DNA from: Octopus vulgaris
Lineage: Eukaryota
Reading direction: 5' to 3'
Length of the DNA stretch: 64,000 bases
Assembly (NCBI GenBank): GCA_951406725.2
Contig: OX597823.1
Span: 91,574,001-91,638,000 of the forward strand
A program made the translations under genes and the position numbers. Under the pieces are notes generated by a model. It worked only from the letters and a program-made list of their open reading frames with translations. It was not told where the DNA came from and did not search any database. Of the stretch, positions 13,595 to 28,902 are shown one piece after another. The number at the start of each line of letters is the position of its first letter. Within the stretch, counting starts at the first letter, position 1.

Positions 13595-14268
13595 TATATA
13601 GATACATAGATACACATATATATATGTAGAAATGCACACACATATATATATAATACATACATGCACATACACATGAAATATGCACACATTCTAGATAATG
13701 TAATATAGGGTCTATTATAATAATATAGAATACTCTCGGATATTAAAATATGAAGGTTATTGTACAAATCAGATTGAATAAACTGGCAAGATTGTGCTTA
13801 CTGTTTGTATGTTTGTCTGGAGCATGCTTTTGCATGTGGCCTGACATTGTATATATTTTAGAAAACTATGCACATACATAAATGTACACATACCCTCCTA
13901 CATATATATATGTGTATGTATAAAGACATAAGCAAATAAACATTCTCATATACGTATATTTATATATGCAATAATGTATGCGTGGTGCACATCCATGTGT
14001 GTATGTATAAGCATGCATCTAACCACATAATTTCACAAACTATATGCACATCAATACAAATAAATTAACTTTGTGTATTTTTATAAACGAACATCCAATA
14101 ATATTAGTAAATTAAAATCTTTGTTGTGTGCAGTCCATACAAATGGCGTCTCAAATAAAACACACCCACATATAACGTACACAATATTCATACATACATA
14201 GACATGCATCAATAAGCATAGACATACATACAGACACATACAGACACATACAGACACATATTAATATA

Positions 14269-14317
<49 letters not shown>

Positions 14318-14353
14318 TGTATATATATATGTATATGTATATGTGTATATCTA

Positions 14354-14454
<101 letters not shown>

Positions 14455-14745
14455 AACAAACTGAGGGAAAGAGATCCTTGAAAGGGGTGTGTTAAGCATC
14501 CAATTCAATGGTACTTCAGTCGGATACCATATAAATATGGGTATAATGCAATTATAAAGATAAATTAAATATAGAGGTCTACTATTGACAATCCAATAAT
14601 TTATTTATATTACAATATTACATGATATACTATGAATATAATATAATATTATATAACATAATCAATTATTAAAAATAAACATAAAAAGCCAACAGATTGT
14701 TTCGACTTATATACATTTTCTGATATACATACACAATAATAGTTC

Positions 14746-14792
<47 letters not shown>

Positions 14793-14940
14793 TCACTTCA
14801 GGGTCATGGTTTAAAGATTGATGAAATTCTATGTGAAAGTACAGCTGGACTGCAAAAATTAATTCAAATGTCTGTATTATGAACATGAGCGTTAACTATT
14901 CAATCATACATGTGTGTGTGTGTGTATGTGTGTGTGTGTA

Positions 14941-15034
<94 letters not shown>

Positions 15035-15044
15035 AAATTAACAA

Positions 15045-15380
15045 ATAAATAAAACATAGGCATATATACATACATATATGTACGTACCTACCTCTACATG
15101 TATATATACATGCATATATGGGTACAGGACACCAAAAAACCGTCGAACACAATGAGAAACGAAAACGTAAACACAAAACCAAGGAAATGGACATTTTTTA
15201 AAACAATGAAAAAAATAGAGTACAGGACATACAAAACAAGGAAACTTCCCCTTCTTCAGTCACCTTAATTTCATCTACTCCACGTTCGAAGGTCAAGACG
15301 ATACATGAAAATTTCCTTCCTGCGAAAATCAAATTAAATAAAATTTGAGATTTTTTTGCGGAGGGGTAAAAATGGTAACA
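15045..15380 (-). mobile_element. Copy of the permuted-hammerhead repeat family (solo LTR-like unit)
   Basis: Homologous to 51230-51560. Motif at 15248-15307, reverse complement: catg TA tcgtctt ga cctt c GAA cgtg (14 nt) aaggtga CTGAAGA agggg. Confidence 0.7.
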
Positions 15381-15398
15381 ATATATATATATATATAT

Positions 15399-15446
<48 letters not shown>

Positions 15447-15499
15447 ACAGATCTACTTCTACATACACACATATGCATATATAGTTACAGTTGTGGATT

Positions 15500-15725
15500 C
15501 ATACATTTCAGAGCATTTGGAATGCTTTTTATGCTTTGATACTGGTGATATGTTTCCATCTTCAGTCTCTAACTCCTTACAATCTTTGCAGACGAAAGAT
15601 CTGACAACTTTTAAAAATTGAGATATTTCTAAATCGTGATGCTCAGCCTTTATAACCACAATAACTGCATGCCTCTTTATTTTCTGAGCAAGCTGAGGGT
15701 CTGGTATTTTTATTTTCTGAAACAA
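15500..15725 (-). pseudogene. Tc1/mariner-type (maT/DD37D-like) transposase N-terminal HTH fragment
   Basis: KRHAVIVVIKAEHHDLEISQFLKVVRSFVCK; paralogous fragment at 17020-17200 on the plus strand. Confidence 0.5.
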
Positions 15726-16184
15726 AGATTATGTATACATGCAAGGCATATGTATATGTCAACAGACTCCCAACCACACTTGAGAATAAAAATCTATGTA
15801 ATTTTTACTTTTAAGTGTGTATGTATAATTGTCTATTTGTTCATATGCATCCATACGCATACATAATACTTTTACAAAGGCGTAACTACCTTGGAAAGTT
15901 ATATATTTCTGTGTAAACACACATACAAGAAAATTGCAACATATAGATACACATTCACAAACAATTACATATATATATATATATACACACAATTTAAAAA
16001 AGCGATAAAATCTTTATAAGAATTTATCAAGTAGTTAGCACAAAAACATCATAAGAGAAAAATCCACCAATTTTTCTCTTAAATATATTTACTTATATTA
16101 TTTATTTATTTATTTATTTAATGCCCTCTATATGATATATATATATTTGAAAAGATTTGTAGAGTAGCACACGAGTAAGTAGAT

Positions 16185-16630
16185 ATTTATGAAATACAAG
16201 AACGAAAATGCTACTTTCTTAAAACTGGGTTCATTTTAATTTACCTTTTACATGTTTCGGTTTTTGAAAAACTTATCAAAAATATGTACTAAAATGGAAT
16301 ATGTAAAGAGAAAAGAGCTATTAATAAAATAAAATTAAAATTAAAATTAAGATTAACATTCAGAGTAGTAATTTGCGGTCACAGTCAGTTGAACTTGTCA
16401 TGCTACCACAATCAAAGGATATTATCACATGTTCTTGCAGGAAAAGGAAAGTAAACTATGAATGTTAATCTTAATTTTAATTTGATTCTTTAATAGTTCT
16501 TTTCTCTTTACATATTGCATTTTAGTCCATATTTTTGATAAGGTTTTTCAAAAACCGAAACATGCAAAAGGAAAATTAAAATGTACCCAATTTTAAGAAA
16601 GTAGCATTTTCGTTCTTGCTTTTCATAAAT
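16185..16630. repeat. About 175-bp inverted repeat pair containing variant HHR cores
   Basis: Arms 16185-16362 and 16459-16630. Each contains TTGATAA g(g)ttttt c aaaaacc GAAA catg (T/C)A. Confidence 0.8.
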
Positions 16631-16770
16631 ACAAATACTTTATTAAAAAGCAGCTAAAATATCACAAAAGCTGTTACTCAGAGTTTCACTTTCCCATTCG
16701 TTGGATAGTTTTGTTTAGAATTACTCTACCTCTGGTATTTGAGTACTATTTTTCCCACCTTGTGCATTTG

Positions 16771-16891
<121 letters not shown>

Positions 16892-17019
16892 CGTGCTCCT
16901 ACAGTCAAATGACTGAAACGTAAAAGAGAATAAAAGATATATATATAGATGCTTAAGGTATTTGGGGACATACCTGTTTCGGGTCATTGCTGCATATTTT
17001 GCTAACTCTGTATAATCCT

Positions 17020-17200
17020 TGTTTCAGAAAACAATAATGGCAGACTCTCAGCTTACTCAAGAAATGAAGAGGCATGCTGTTATTGTGGTTATAAATGCTG
17101 AGCATAGCGATTTAGAAATACCTAGATTTTGAAAAATTGCCAGATCTTTCGTCTACAAAGTTTGCAAGAAGCTAGAGGCTGAGGATGGAAACTTATCACA
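17020..17200 (+). pseudogene. Second transposase N-terminal fragment of the same family as 15500-15725
   Basis: MADSQLTQEMKRHAVIVVINAEHSDLEIPRF*KIARSFVYKVCKKLEAEDGNLS, with an in-frame stop. Confidence 0.5.
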
Positions 17201-18139
17201 CACATACACACATCATCATTGTCGTTGTTGTTGTTTAACATCCACTTCCCATGCTGGCATGGGTTGGATGGTTTGACTGGGGTTTGGGAAGCCAGGGGGC
17301 TGCACTAGGCCCCAATCTGATCGGGCAATGTTTCTACAGCTGGATGCCCTTCCTAACGTCAAACACTCTGAGAGTGTAGTGGGTGCTTTTTATGTGCCGC
17401 TGGCATGGGAATGAGTCAGGCGGCGCTGGTAATGACTACGTTTGGATGATGCTTTTAATATTCTACCAGCACAGGAGCCAGTTGTGTGTGTGTGGGGGGA
17501 GGGAATGGCATTGACCACATTCGGATGGTGCTTTTTACATGCCACCGGCACAGGGAGCCAGTCAGGCAGCACAGACATCGACCCATGCTTGAATGGTGCT
17601 TATTACATGCCACCAGATTGGGTGCCAGTCAGGCGGCACCGGTATTGGCCACAACAACAATTTCCATTTTGCTTTCAATCTCAATTTGCTTTTGATTTCG
17701 ATTTTTGATTTTTCAGTTTTGATTTTTTGATTTTACTTGATTGAATGAGTCTTATCAAGCACAGTTTACACAAAGTCTATTACATGGAAGTAAGTTGAAA
17801 CAAAACTGGCCAGAGAGTGTTGTGTAGGATCACAAGGGGAAGATATGCCCTTGTGTCGAAATCAGATGCCCTCTGGACACTTGGTGGTGAGAAAAATATA
17901 AAACAAAGGGGACAGCTAGGGATTACTGATAAGGAGTTTGCAGTCCCCAAGACGTACTTTCAGTTTCATGCTTATTATCACTGGAGCAACAGAACCGTAT
18001 ATCACTCTGGCTGGGGCAAAATATGGCTGAACTTGTGTGGTTGGAGACATAATGCAACTACTTGACCAATTGGCTATCAAGGATTAAGATGTCTGGGATA
18101 ATAAAAGTTTGCAAGACTTTAAGATTTAAAGGAAGATTA

Positions 18140-18335
18140 AGGCAGCATGCTGGGCAAAATGCTTAGCAGTATTTCATCTGTCTTTACGTTCTGAGTTCAA
18201 ATTCTGTTGAGGTTGACTTTGCCTTTTATCCTCTTTGGATCGATAAATTAAGTACAAGTTGCATACTGGGGTCGATCTAATCGACTAGCCCCCTCCCCCA
18301 AAATTTCGGGTCTTGTGCTTAGAGTAGAAAAGATT
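18140..18335 (+). mobile_element. SINE family A
   Basis: Same core and tail as 122-340. Confidence 0.8.
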
Positions 18336-18795
18336 TAAAGGAAGATGGAACAAGCAAAATGCTTTCCTTCACAACCTTGCTTTGAAAGAGAGGGGCAGTC
18401 AAAATAAACTGAAAATAAATGAGAAAAAGAAGACATATATGTATACAAGCATTTTTATACATCTTACATATCTGTATAGAAAAGTTTAACACATTTTTCA
18501 TATATACATCGCAAGTTTATAAATGTAATCTACAGTATGAATATATCTATGTACATATGTTTATACACACACACATGTGTGTATATATATATATATATAA
18601 AATGGAGAACAAGCACAAAAACATCATGAGGACGTGGTTCATGCAAAGTATTAGCAGACGCTCAGGGAAGAAAAGAAATGTGTTTTTTATGTTATGAGCA
18701 AAGCTCTTTTTTCAGAAACAGGAGACAGAGGAAAGTCCAAGTAAAAAGGAAGACAGAGGAAAAAAATCACCAACGATTCACATGTGGTTAGATTT

Positions 18796-18896
<101 letters not shown>

Positions 18897-18907
18897 GCGT
18901 GGCATAG

Positions 18908-19056
18908 GCGAAGGAGTGGGTGTGTGATAAGTAATTTGCTTACCAATCACATGGTTCTGGGTTCAGTCCCACTGTGTGGTACTTTGGGCTACTACTACAG
19001 CTTTGGGCCAACCAAAGCCTTTTGAGTGGATTAGGTCAACAGAAGCTGAAAGAAGC

Positions 19057-19119
<63 letters not shown>

Positions 19120-19340
19120 ACATATATGTGTGTGTGTGTATGTTTGTGTGCGTTTGTCCTCCCACCATTGATTGACAACCAATGCTGGTGTGTTTACGTT
19201 CCCGTCACCTAGTGGTTTGGCAAAAAGAGACCAATAGTACAATACTAGGCTTACAAAGAATAAGTCCTGGGGTTGATTTGCTCGACTAAAGGTGGTGGTC
19301 CAGCATGGCTGAAGTCAAATGACTGAAATGAGTAAAAGAA
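18908..19340 (+). mobile_element. SINE family B
   Basis: Head, (TA)n middle and tail as in other copies. Confidence 0.8.
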
Positions 19341-19424
19341 TATATATACATACACACACATATGTATGTATATGTGTTTATATATATATATATACATACA
19401 CACACACATATATGTATGTGTGTA

Positions 19425-19469
<45 letters not shown>

Positions 19470-19492
19470 GTAGGGCAATATTTGATTGCCTC

Positions 19493-19553
19493 GGTAACTG
19501 ATGAGATGCCGGAGCAGTTTTCCACCCCAACATCTGAAACTTGGTGTTTTATT
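19493..19553 (+). ncRNA. Type I hammerhead-like motif, same repeat family as 13231-13400
   Basis: ggtaa CTGATGA gatg..catc t GAAA cttggtg TT ttatt; the downstream ~90 bp is homologous to 13300-13390. Confidence 0.55.
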
Positions 19554-20374
19554 ATGGCAACCAAATAATTGTTACATATTATATTTCAGATAAATTCATC
19601 TATTTACATAATTTTGAGGTCCCATTCATTCTTTATTGTCTTACCATTACTATTAATACATATATATATATATATATGTGTGTGTGTGTATGTGTGTGTG
19701 TGTACACAAACACACAAAATCCATACACGTGTGTATATTTATGTATACATACAAACATTCATATATTCATACTTATATAAAATATTCAGTGTAAATATAA
19801 TAGGACGTAAAAATTTTAAGAGAACATAATTTCAGTATCTGTGAGTTAACGATAATGATAACGACCAACATTTAGTGAAAGTTTTTACAAATATAGTTTT
19901 CTAACATAGCCTTTGTTGCTGCCTTTGTGACTAATATTGCCCTCGCCTTTGTTGTTGCAGTTGTTGTTGTTGTTGATGTTGTTGTATTTGTTGTTACTAT
20001 ATTTGTATATAATTTTAAGCGATATCAGATATATTGACTGTAGTACATTTGATAACCTAATTTTATAAACTGTGGGTGGGGCATTACTTGAGGGATTAGG
20101 TTCAGCTCTTGTTGTAGGAAATAAACTTCGGGTTGGCAGCAGAGCCAACATCATTTAATGAATTTATTATTGATTAAAATACTTTGTATCTGAGCATAAG
20201 GCAATTATAATATATATATGTATACATACATATATACATACATATTACCACATATATATAACCACATGTATCTAGCCAGCTAGGTAAATGTGTGAATACA
20301 CACACAGACGCACATATACGCACATATACAGGGCATATATGTGTATGTATATATGTATGCACGTATGTAAGTAT

Positions 20375-20436
<62 letters not shown>

Positions 20437-20449
20437 GTAAAGTTAATCC

Positions 20450-20640
20450 AAACAGAAGATAAAAAAGACAACAACGCAAGGAGGTGGAACAATTAAAGTA
20501 TTATTAGGCGCTCAGGAAAAAAGGGAAGAAGGAGGGTATGACGTTTCGAGCGGAGCTCTTCGTCGGAAACATAGGAGAAAGAAAGATCCCGAGGTGGGAG
20601 GACAGAGGGGAAAAAAATGCAAGTGGTCTCACGAGGTCGA
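20450..20640 (-). mobile_element. Short PLE pLTR-like repeat with minimal hammerhead (20536-20570)
   Basis: Reverse complement: gttt CCGACGA a gagc tcc gctc GAAA cg TC atac. Relatives at about 18600-18790, 32600-32800, 53040-53160, 54190-54340, 58190-58280 and 59345-59500. Confidence 0.7.
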
Positions 20641-21094
20641 CATATATATGTATATACACATCCAAGCGTGATCGTAGCCAGGGCTGTGGATTGGTTCCTG
20701 TGCTGGTGGCATGTAAAAAGCACCATTTGAGCATGATCGTTGCCAGTGTTGCCTTAAATAGCACATGTTCTGGTGGCACGTAAAAAGCACCCACTACACT
20801 TCCGGAGTGGTTGGCGTTAGGAAGGGCATCAAGATGTAGAAACTTTGCCAGATCAGATTGGAGCCTTGTGCAGCCTTCTGGCCCAATAGTTCTCAGTCAA
20901 ACCGTCCAACCCAAACCAGTATAGAAAGTGGCCGTTAAACTATGACGATGACGAAGATGATATATATATATATCTATATATATATATACACAAACATATA
21001 TATGTATGCATATATGTTTATATTTATAACTGCATGTTCATATTTACACACATATACAGATATACCCATATGCATATAAAAAATTTATAATGGA

Positions 21095-21130
<36 letters not shown>

Positions 21131-21347
21131 CGAGCATACCACACATATACACATATATTTATAAACCTGCCCACCTACTTATATATGTAAATATTTATAT
21201 ATATGTATATATACACATACATAGAAACAACACATATACATATATGTATAAATATTTATATATATGTATATATACACATACATAGAAACAACACATATAC
21301 ATATATGTATATATATGTAAATATACGTATATATACATATATATATG

Positions 21348-21425
<78 letters not shown>

Positions 21426-22240
21426 GACACAAAAGCATGCATGCAAATCTATCTATCTAGCTAGCTATATATCTATCAATCTATCAATCTATCCCTCTAT
21501 ATATATACATATTTATATACATATATATATATATATATACAAATACATATAGTAATGTACAAACATTATTGAATAATGCCAACAATACGAGAAATTATTG
21601 TAAATATGATAACACTAAAAATATTAATAGTAATGATAAAAATAATGATTGGTATAACAACCATACGATTATTGATTTCTCTCCCTTGATAATAATAATA
21701 ACAATCATAACAACAACAACAACAACAAAACAATAATAATAATAGTAATAATAATAATAATAATGACACATGGCGATGATACTAATAATAAAGGCAACAC
21801 ACAGAGGGATAATAAAGGGGTGCAAATAATAATAGAAATTGTGGAAATGAATAAAAATAATAAATATTGCCAACAAAATCACAATTGATTTGTATTGTTT
21901 TGTTGGGTCTACTTTGATATTTGTGTCTGCTGGTGTATATATATTTTGTTTCTTTCATAATTCTGGGTGTTTTTTTGTATTTGTTTTACACATACATTCA
22001 CACACAAATATATACAAATACATTACACATACATTCACATACATTCACACACAAGCATACACACCCACTCCTATATGCACACACAGGCACATGCAAGAAC
22101 ACAAGGACACACACACATGCATGATATAAACACACACATTTGTATACACCATGATCAAATATATATATATACATGTATATATATGTGTATACATATATAT
22201 ATGGGATAATGTATGAATGTAAGAATTGTATTTGTGTTTG

Positions 22241-22287
<47 letters not shown>

Positions 22288-22508
22288 ATATACATGTATG
22301 TATATGTAGGTATATATGTGTATATATATATATGTATACATTTGTACAAATCTATATATATTCACACGCATAAACATATGTGAGCATGCATGATATCTCA
22401 GTGCTGTACATATGCACAATGAATGATCCTGAAATAACTCTCAGTGTGTATATACATACATACATACAAACACACACCCACACATACACACATACACCCC
22501 CCCCACCC

Positions 22509-22554
<46 letters not shown>

Positions 22555-23054
22555 CACACATTCCTACATTCACAGATACATACATACATTTGTACATACA
22601 GATGTACATATATATATGTGTGTATAGATATATGTATGTGTGTGTATGTGTGTATGTGTGTGTGAGTATATATGCAGATATTCGGGCTGAGAAGGACACA
22701 CACGTGTATGTATGCATATGTACTTCTATCAAGTGTTTATCTATATCTTATCTAATCAATATATACGTCTGCCTGTGTTCAATAGTATATGTTATATGTT
22801 TATGTATATACCTCCATGGGTGATTGAATATATACATACACATACACAAACTCATGCACATACACATACACACACAAACATTTATATACATACATATATA
22901 CACATATGCATAAGTATACATAAATACATATACACCCATACGCACACAAACACATATACATACGTACATATATACACAGAAGGCTCAATGTCTATTATTG
23001 TCATTATTATTATTAGTATCAATATTGTTATTATCATCATCAATATCATTATCA

Positions 23055-23057
23055 TTG

Positions 23058-23153
<96 letters not shown>

Positions 23154-23201
23154 GCAATAATAATAGTAATAATAATAACAATGATGATGATGATAATAAT
23201 G

Positions 23202-23259
<58 letters not shown>

Positions 23260-23275
23260 TAATAATAATAATGAT
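23055..23275. repeat. (AAT)n microsatellite
   Basis: Direct reading. Confidence 0.95.
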
Positions 23276-23543
23276 TGGAGGTTTATTGCATATTTATTGT
23301 TGCAGGTGAAGTGAGGTGAAAGAGGAACGATAAAAATATTGCTTCATCTGTAGGTGTATCGAAGAGTATTCTCCACTCCCCCCTGTGGAACAACGCCCGC
23401 TCCTCTCTTACACCCCCTGCCTTGCATATATCGTATATTTGGGTAATTTACAATGTCTAGTTCTCCGTTTACAAAACATATATCGACTCTGGACACGTAT
23501 ACATATTTGTGTGTTCCTACGTCTTAAGATACAAATGTACGTG

Positions 23544-23588
<45 letters not shown>

Positions 23589-23806
23589 AAGTGTGTGTCA
23601 GCGTTTGTGTGTGTATGTGTACCTATATATATATATACACATACACACACACACATATATATATATATACACGTACACACACATATGTATCTATACATGC
23701 ATATATATTCACGTATATATTTACACATAAAAATACCAACATATACATAAGTATATATATACATACCCATATGCAAACATGCATATATACATATATATAT
23801 ATCTAT

Positions 23807-23855
<49 letters not shown>

Positions 23856-23937
23856 TACACACACACATACATACAAATATACTTATCATATACATATGTA
23901 TATATATATGTGTGTGTGCTTGCTTGTGTATATATAT

Positions 23938-23978
<41 letters not shown>

Positions 23979-23992
23979 GGTCGATACATATG

Positions 23993-24148
<156 letters not shown>

Positions 24149-24300
24149 ACATACAAATTACATACATATGCATATATACACACATATTTGTAGCGGGAGA
24201 TGTGAGAATCATAATCTTCAGTTTATGAATTATTTATGCAAAAACAAGAAATACAAAAAGAAAATACAAAAGAAAAAAAAGTAAAAAAACAACAACAACA

Positions 24301-24331
<31 letters not shown>

Positions 24332-24822
24332 TAGATTCTAAAATACAAACAAGAGAAAATTATAGAACCATACTAAATAATGCCGCCATAATTCCAACTT
24401 TCTCCTCCCCTGAAACAAAACCAAAAAAACCTACATAAACAAAGACAGTTCCAGAGAACTCTTTGATATTAGTCTTTATCATCTTTACCATTTTATATAT
24501 TTTTTTTTTATTTCTTATCTTTTCATCTATTATCCGTTTGCTTTTGTTGAGGGCTTTTATTATTCGTTTTTCTTTGTTTTTATTCTTAGCTGTCTTTTTT
24601 TTTCAATTATTTTTTTCCCTTTTTTTCAATGTTTTTCTGTTCGGTTTTCATTCACTTTTATTTTGAAATGTTTTCGGTATTGTTTTTGCTGTTGTTGTTG
24701 TTGTTGTTGCTCGCTGTTTTGTTTTTCGTGTGTAAGCGGCGGTGGTGTTGGCATCAGCAGTGTTATTATTCAGTTGTTGTTGTTGTTGTTATTATTATCT
24801 GGGTGGGTGGATGGATGAGTAT

Positions 24823-24853
<31 letters not shown>

Positions 24854-24970
24854 AGGCAGGAGGGGGCGGGGTAGTGTTTTTGACTTTCAAGAAAAGCATT
24901 GCAATGATTTCTTGTGCTTAAACAATGAAAGGAAATAAATGAACGTAATTGACAACAAACAAACATATGT

Positions 24971-25056
<86 letters not shown>

Positions 25057-25441
25057 ATTCATGCACATACATATTTATACACACATACACACATATATAC
25101 ATAGCATACAAACATACACACACATACATATACATATATATATATAAATATATAGATTCATGCACATACATATCTATACATACACACACATATATATACA
25201 TAGCATACATACACACACTCATATATATATATATATATGCAAACATACATATACATACACACACACACATATATATATATGCACACATACATATACATAT
25301 ATATACATATATTCATGCACATACATATATATATATATATACAAGTATGCATATACTCAGATGTATATATAGATATCTATGTGTGAGTACACACACAAGC
25401 ATACACACATACACACATACACACATACATGCACACATATG

Positions 25442-25488
<47 letters not shown>

Positions 25489-25889
25489 CTGCATGTATAA
25501 TTAAAATAACAATAAATGTATGTATGACAGATTATTCTAATGTAGAATATGAGGACGGAAAGTGTAACATTGTATTTTTTGTCCAGTTTTACCATATTTT
25601 CAATTCTACAAAGCTTCCTGAAATATCATTGTGCAGTGGTGATCATTGCACAGGTGGAGTGATTAAGGGCTTTTATTTAGGGTTCAAAATGCTGAGCGAA
25701 ATCAATAATTACGAAGTGAAACAGTGATATAGAAACGAGTTCTCTGTTGTAAAATAATTTGGTGGCAACAAATTGCATGGAAAATGCATGTTTCTCTTGA
25801 GTGTCTACTGGTTTCAAATGTAGGTACAAGCCAGAAATGTCAGGGGAAAGGACAAGTCAATTACATCGACCCCAGTACTCAACTGGTAA

Positions 25890-26679
25890 TTAATTCATTG
25901 ACTCTGGTTTTGCATGTCCACTGACATTACCCATCCAGTCGAACTTGCTGGTTTCGTTTCTTTCAAGCCTTCTCAGATCCTCTGTAGTCAAAGCCCATGT
26001 TTCACTGCAATTCAGCATAGCTGTACGTACACAGGCATCATACAATCTGCCTTTCACTCTGAAGGAGAGGCCCTTTGTTACCAACAAAAGTAAAAGCTCT
26101 CTAAACGTTAGCCTAGCATCTACCTTTTCAGAACTTCCTCCTCCACAGCTAACTTCGTCTCCTAGGTAACAGAAGCTATCTACTACTTCTAAGGATCCCC
26201 TGAGCATTTGACAAAGTCTATTCCCTGCGCATTCTTAGTGTTTATTGTACCTGCACATCTGCTACACACAAAGCCTACTTTCTCTGTTAACCTTCCCATG
26301 ATACCACTGCACCTCTTATGTGTCCATATCTTGCACTGGGTTCACCTAATGGAGTTTCCACCAACACCTTTCCAACATATTTAACAGGATCATCTCCCTG
26401 AAGGGATTTTGTGATTTGTCTGTTTTCCAACTTACTAGGACTTAGGTCTTCGCTAAATTAACTGTAATGTCATAAGATTCCAGACCTTTCTTCCATACCC
26501 GAAATCTCCTCTCTAGTTCGGGGAGTGATTCAGCAATAGGAATAAAGTCACCAGCATTGAGGAGCTCCTAAGGGCAGCCAATCCTAAATTCGTTTGTTAT
26601 GGCTTGGAAAACTATGATAAACAGCAGGGGTCTGAGAACCAATCCTTGGTAAACTCTTACTTGTACATTAAATTAATTG

Positions 26680-26680
<1 letters not shown>
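25890..26680 (-). pseudogene. RTE/RTEX-like LINE reverse transcriptase fragment (decayed)
   Basis: YQGLVLRPLLFIIV..GCP*ELLNAGD (decayed HQGSVLSPLLF / YADD), a Cys-rich CKIWTHKRCSG segment, then LEVVDSFCYLGD..VKGRLYDACVRTAML..SETW. Confidence 0.85.
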
Positions 26681-26730
<50 letters not shown>

Positions 26731-27254
26731 TATATCGATCGAGAGAGTGATGGTACACCTGGCAATTGCCTCCTCAGTACTTCATATAGGATTCTGGCTA
26801 GCCTAGTAGTACAATAATTGAAGGAAGATCCGTCAGACTCCGACTAATATAGAAAGGGAATATTATGCAACTCCAAGGTAAGATCCAGTAGGCTTAATAT
26901 AAGCCCTGCAAAGGGAATAATAATAAAAGGCACTACACACATCCTGCGTGAAACACTTTTAATACAGTAAAAATAAGAGAATCACAGCGAACCACAGCAC
27001 ATACCCAAGGCACACAGATCTGTGCTTGGTAGTGCAGTGAAAGCACTTCCTCGGGTATCTTGATTCGATAACACATTTAATCTACGGAGGAAGTTTGAAA
27101 TGGATGTATTTATGGGTGTGTCAACAACATGCAAACAGACCTGAGTATATAAAACCCTCATTTGATACATCATTTAAGAGTCAAGATAATTAATCATAAT
27201 AAAAATATTAAAAAAGTAATAGAAGACATAAAAGGTGAAAAATAAAGTAAATAA

Positions 27255-27585
27255 TAAAGTTGATTGTAAGTTATCATATAGATCAAGGTTATCGTATAGA
27301 TGAAAGTTATATAGATCAAATTTATCAAATAGGTCAAATTTATCAAATAGATCAAAGTTATATAGATAAAAGTTATCATGTAGATCAAAGTTATTAAATA
27401 GGTCAAAGTTATCAAATAGGTCAAAGTTATATAGATGAAAGTTATCATATAGATCAAAGTTATTGAATAGGTCAAAGTTATGAAATAGGTCAAAGTCATC
27501 ATATAGATGAAAGTTATCATATAAATCAAAGTTATACAGATCAAAGATATCAAATAGATACAAGTTATCATATAGGTCAAAGCAT
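27255..27585. repeat. Degenerate 15/18-bp minisatellite (atagatcaaagttatcat)
   Basis: Roughly 19 units by direct reading; the minus strand reads as (L-Y/F-D-N-F-D/H)n. Confidence 0.85.
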
Positions 27586-27890
27586 TTCTTATTGGACGAC
27601 TTTTAAGCCATTTTTGTGACCTCTGTTGGCGATACTAGGCCGTTGGAAGAAATGGCTGAGCCAAAGAACAGGAAGGATGTATTGAATTTTCTTTTTTCAC
27701 ACTGAAATACTTTACTTGTCCATGAGAAATATGAACTGTGTATTAAAACAAAATGTTTTCCAGAGGTGTGTGAATGTGATTTTAGCTAAGACAAGAAATC
27801 AAAGAATTCGGACTAAATGCTGGTTTTCTTGCCTGATACTTTCACCTGTACCTATGAGCTGTGTGTTTCTCTTCAAGGAAAAGTGATAAA

Positions 27891-28116
27891 TATGAGATCT
27901 GATGAAAAAGTATCGAGACTATTCTTTTCTACTCTAGGCACAAGGCTCGAAATTATTTGGGGGGTGGGGGCAGTCGATTAGATCGACCTCAGTATGCAAC
28001 TGGTACTTAATTTATCAACCCCGAAAGGATGAAAGGCAAAGTCAACCTCACTGGAATTTTAGTTCAGAACACAAAGACAGACGAAATACCTATTTCTTTA
28101 GTACTCGCAAGGGGAT

Positions 28117-28159
<43 letters not shown>

Positions 28160-28730
28160 GAGAGAGAGACAGAGAGACAGAGAGAGAGGACAAACAAGGA
28201 CAGACAAACGGATTAAGTCGATTATATCGACCCCAGTGCGTAATTGGTACTTATTTAATCGACCCCAAAAGGATGAAAGGCAAAGTCGACCTCGGCGGAA
28301 TTTGAACTCAGAACGTAACGGCAGACGAAATACCGCTAAGTAATTCACCTGGTGTGCTACTGTTTCTTCCAGCATCAAGACTATTGCTATAGTAACGGAT
28401 CTAAAGTATGCAGTGAAGCTGCTTGGCACAGATTGCACACCATTATAGCTTTCACGCTCCCTTCTGTTGCTTATAGTAGGGCTTGGAAGTAAACTGTAGA
28501 GCGTGGTCGTCTGAAAAAGCGGTCTGGGTTTCAGATGTGCAAGGTCTCTTCGATTGTGTCGAGGAAGAAAAAGTGTTTTTAAAAACGGTCACAACAGGTG
28601 ACAAATCGTGGGTCTATGGCTATGACCCTGAAAGCAAGGACGCTTTTGGAAATGGCGTCAAAAATCATTTCATTGATTTCTTTTTACTACTGAACGCCTG
28701 AAGATTTATGTAAAGTGAGTACATAAATTA
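27891..28730 (+). mobile_element. Internally deleted mariner remnant interrupted by a SINE-A dimer
   Basis: TIR-like tatgagatctgatgaaaaagtatcgagact; FLKTVTTGDKSWVYGYDPESK (first catalytic D motif) at about 28575-28640. Confidence 0.65.
27922..28370 (-). mobile_element. Dimeric SINE family A with (GA)n, inserted in the mariner end
   Basis: Flanked by ~15-bp near-direct repeats agtatcgagactatt / agcatcaagactatt (likely TSD). Confidence 0.8.
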
Positions 28731-28738
28731 ACCAAATA

Positions 28739-28781
<43 letters not shown>

Positions 28782-28902
28782 GAGAGAAAGAGAAAGAGAG
28801 AGGGGAGAAAGAGAGAGGGGGAGAAAGAGAGAGGGAGAGAAATAAAGGGAGAGATATATATATGTGTGTGCCTCTGTGTGGAGCATATATACTACAGAAA
28901 TA

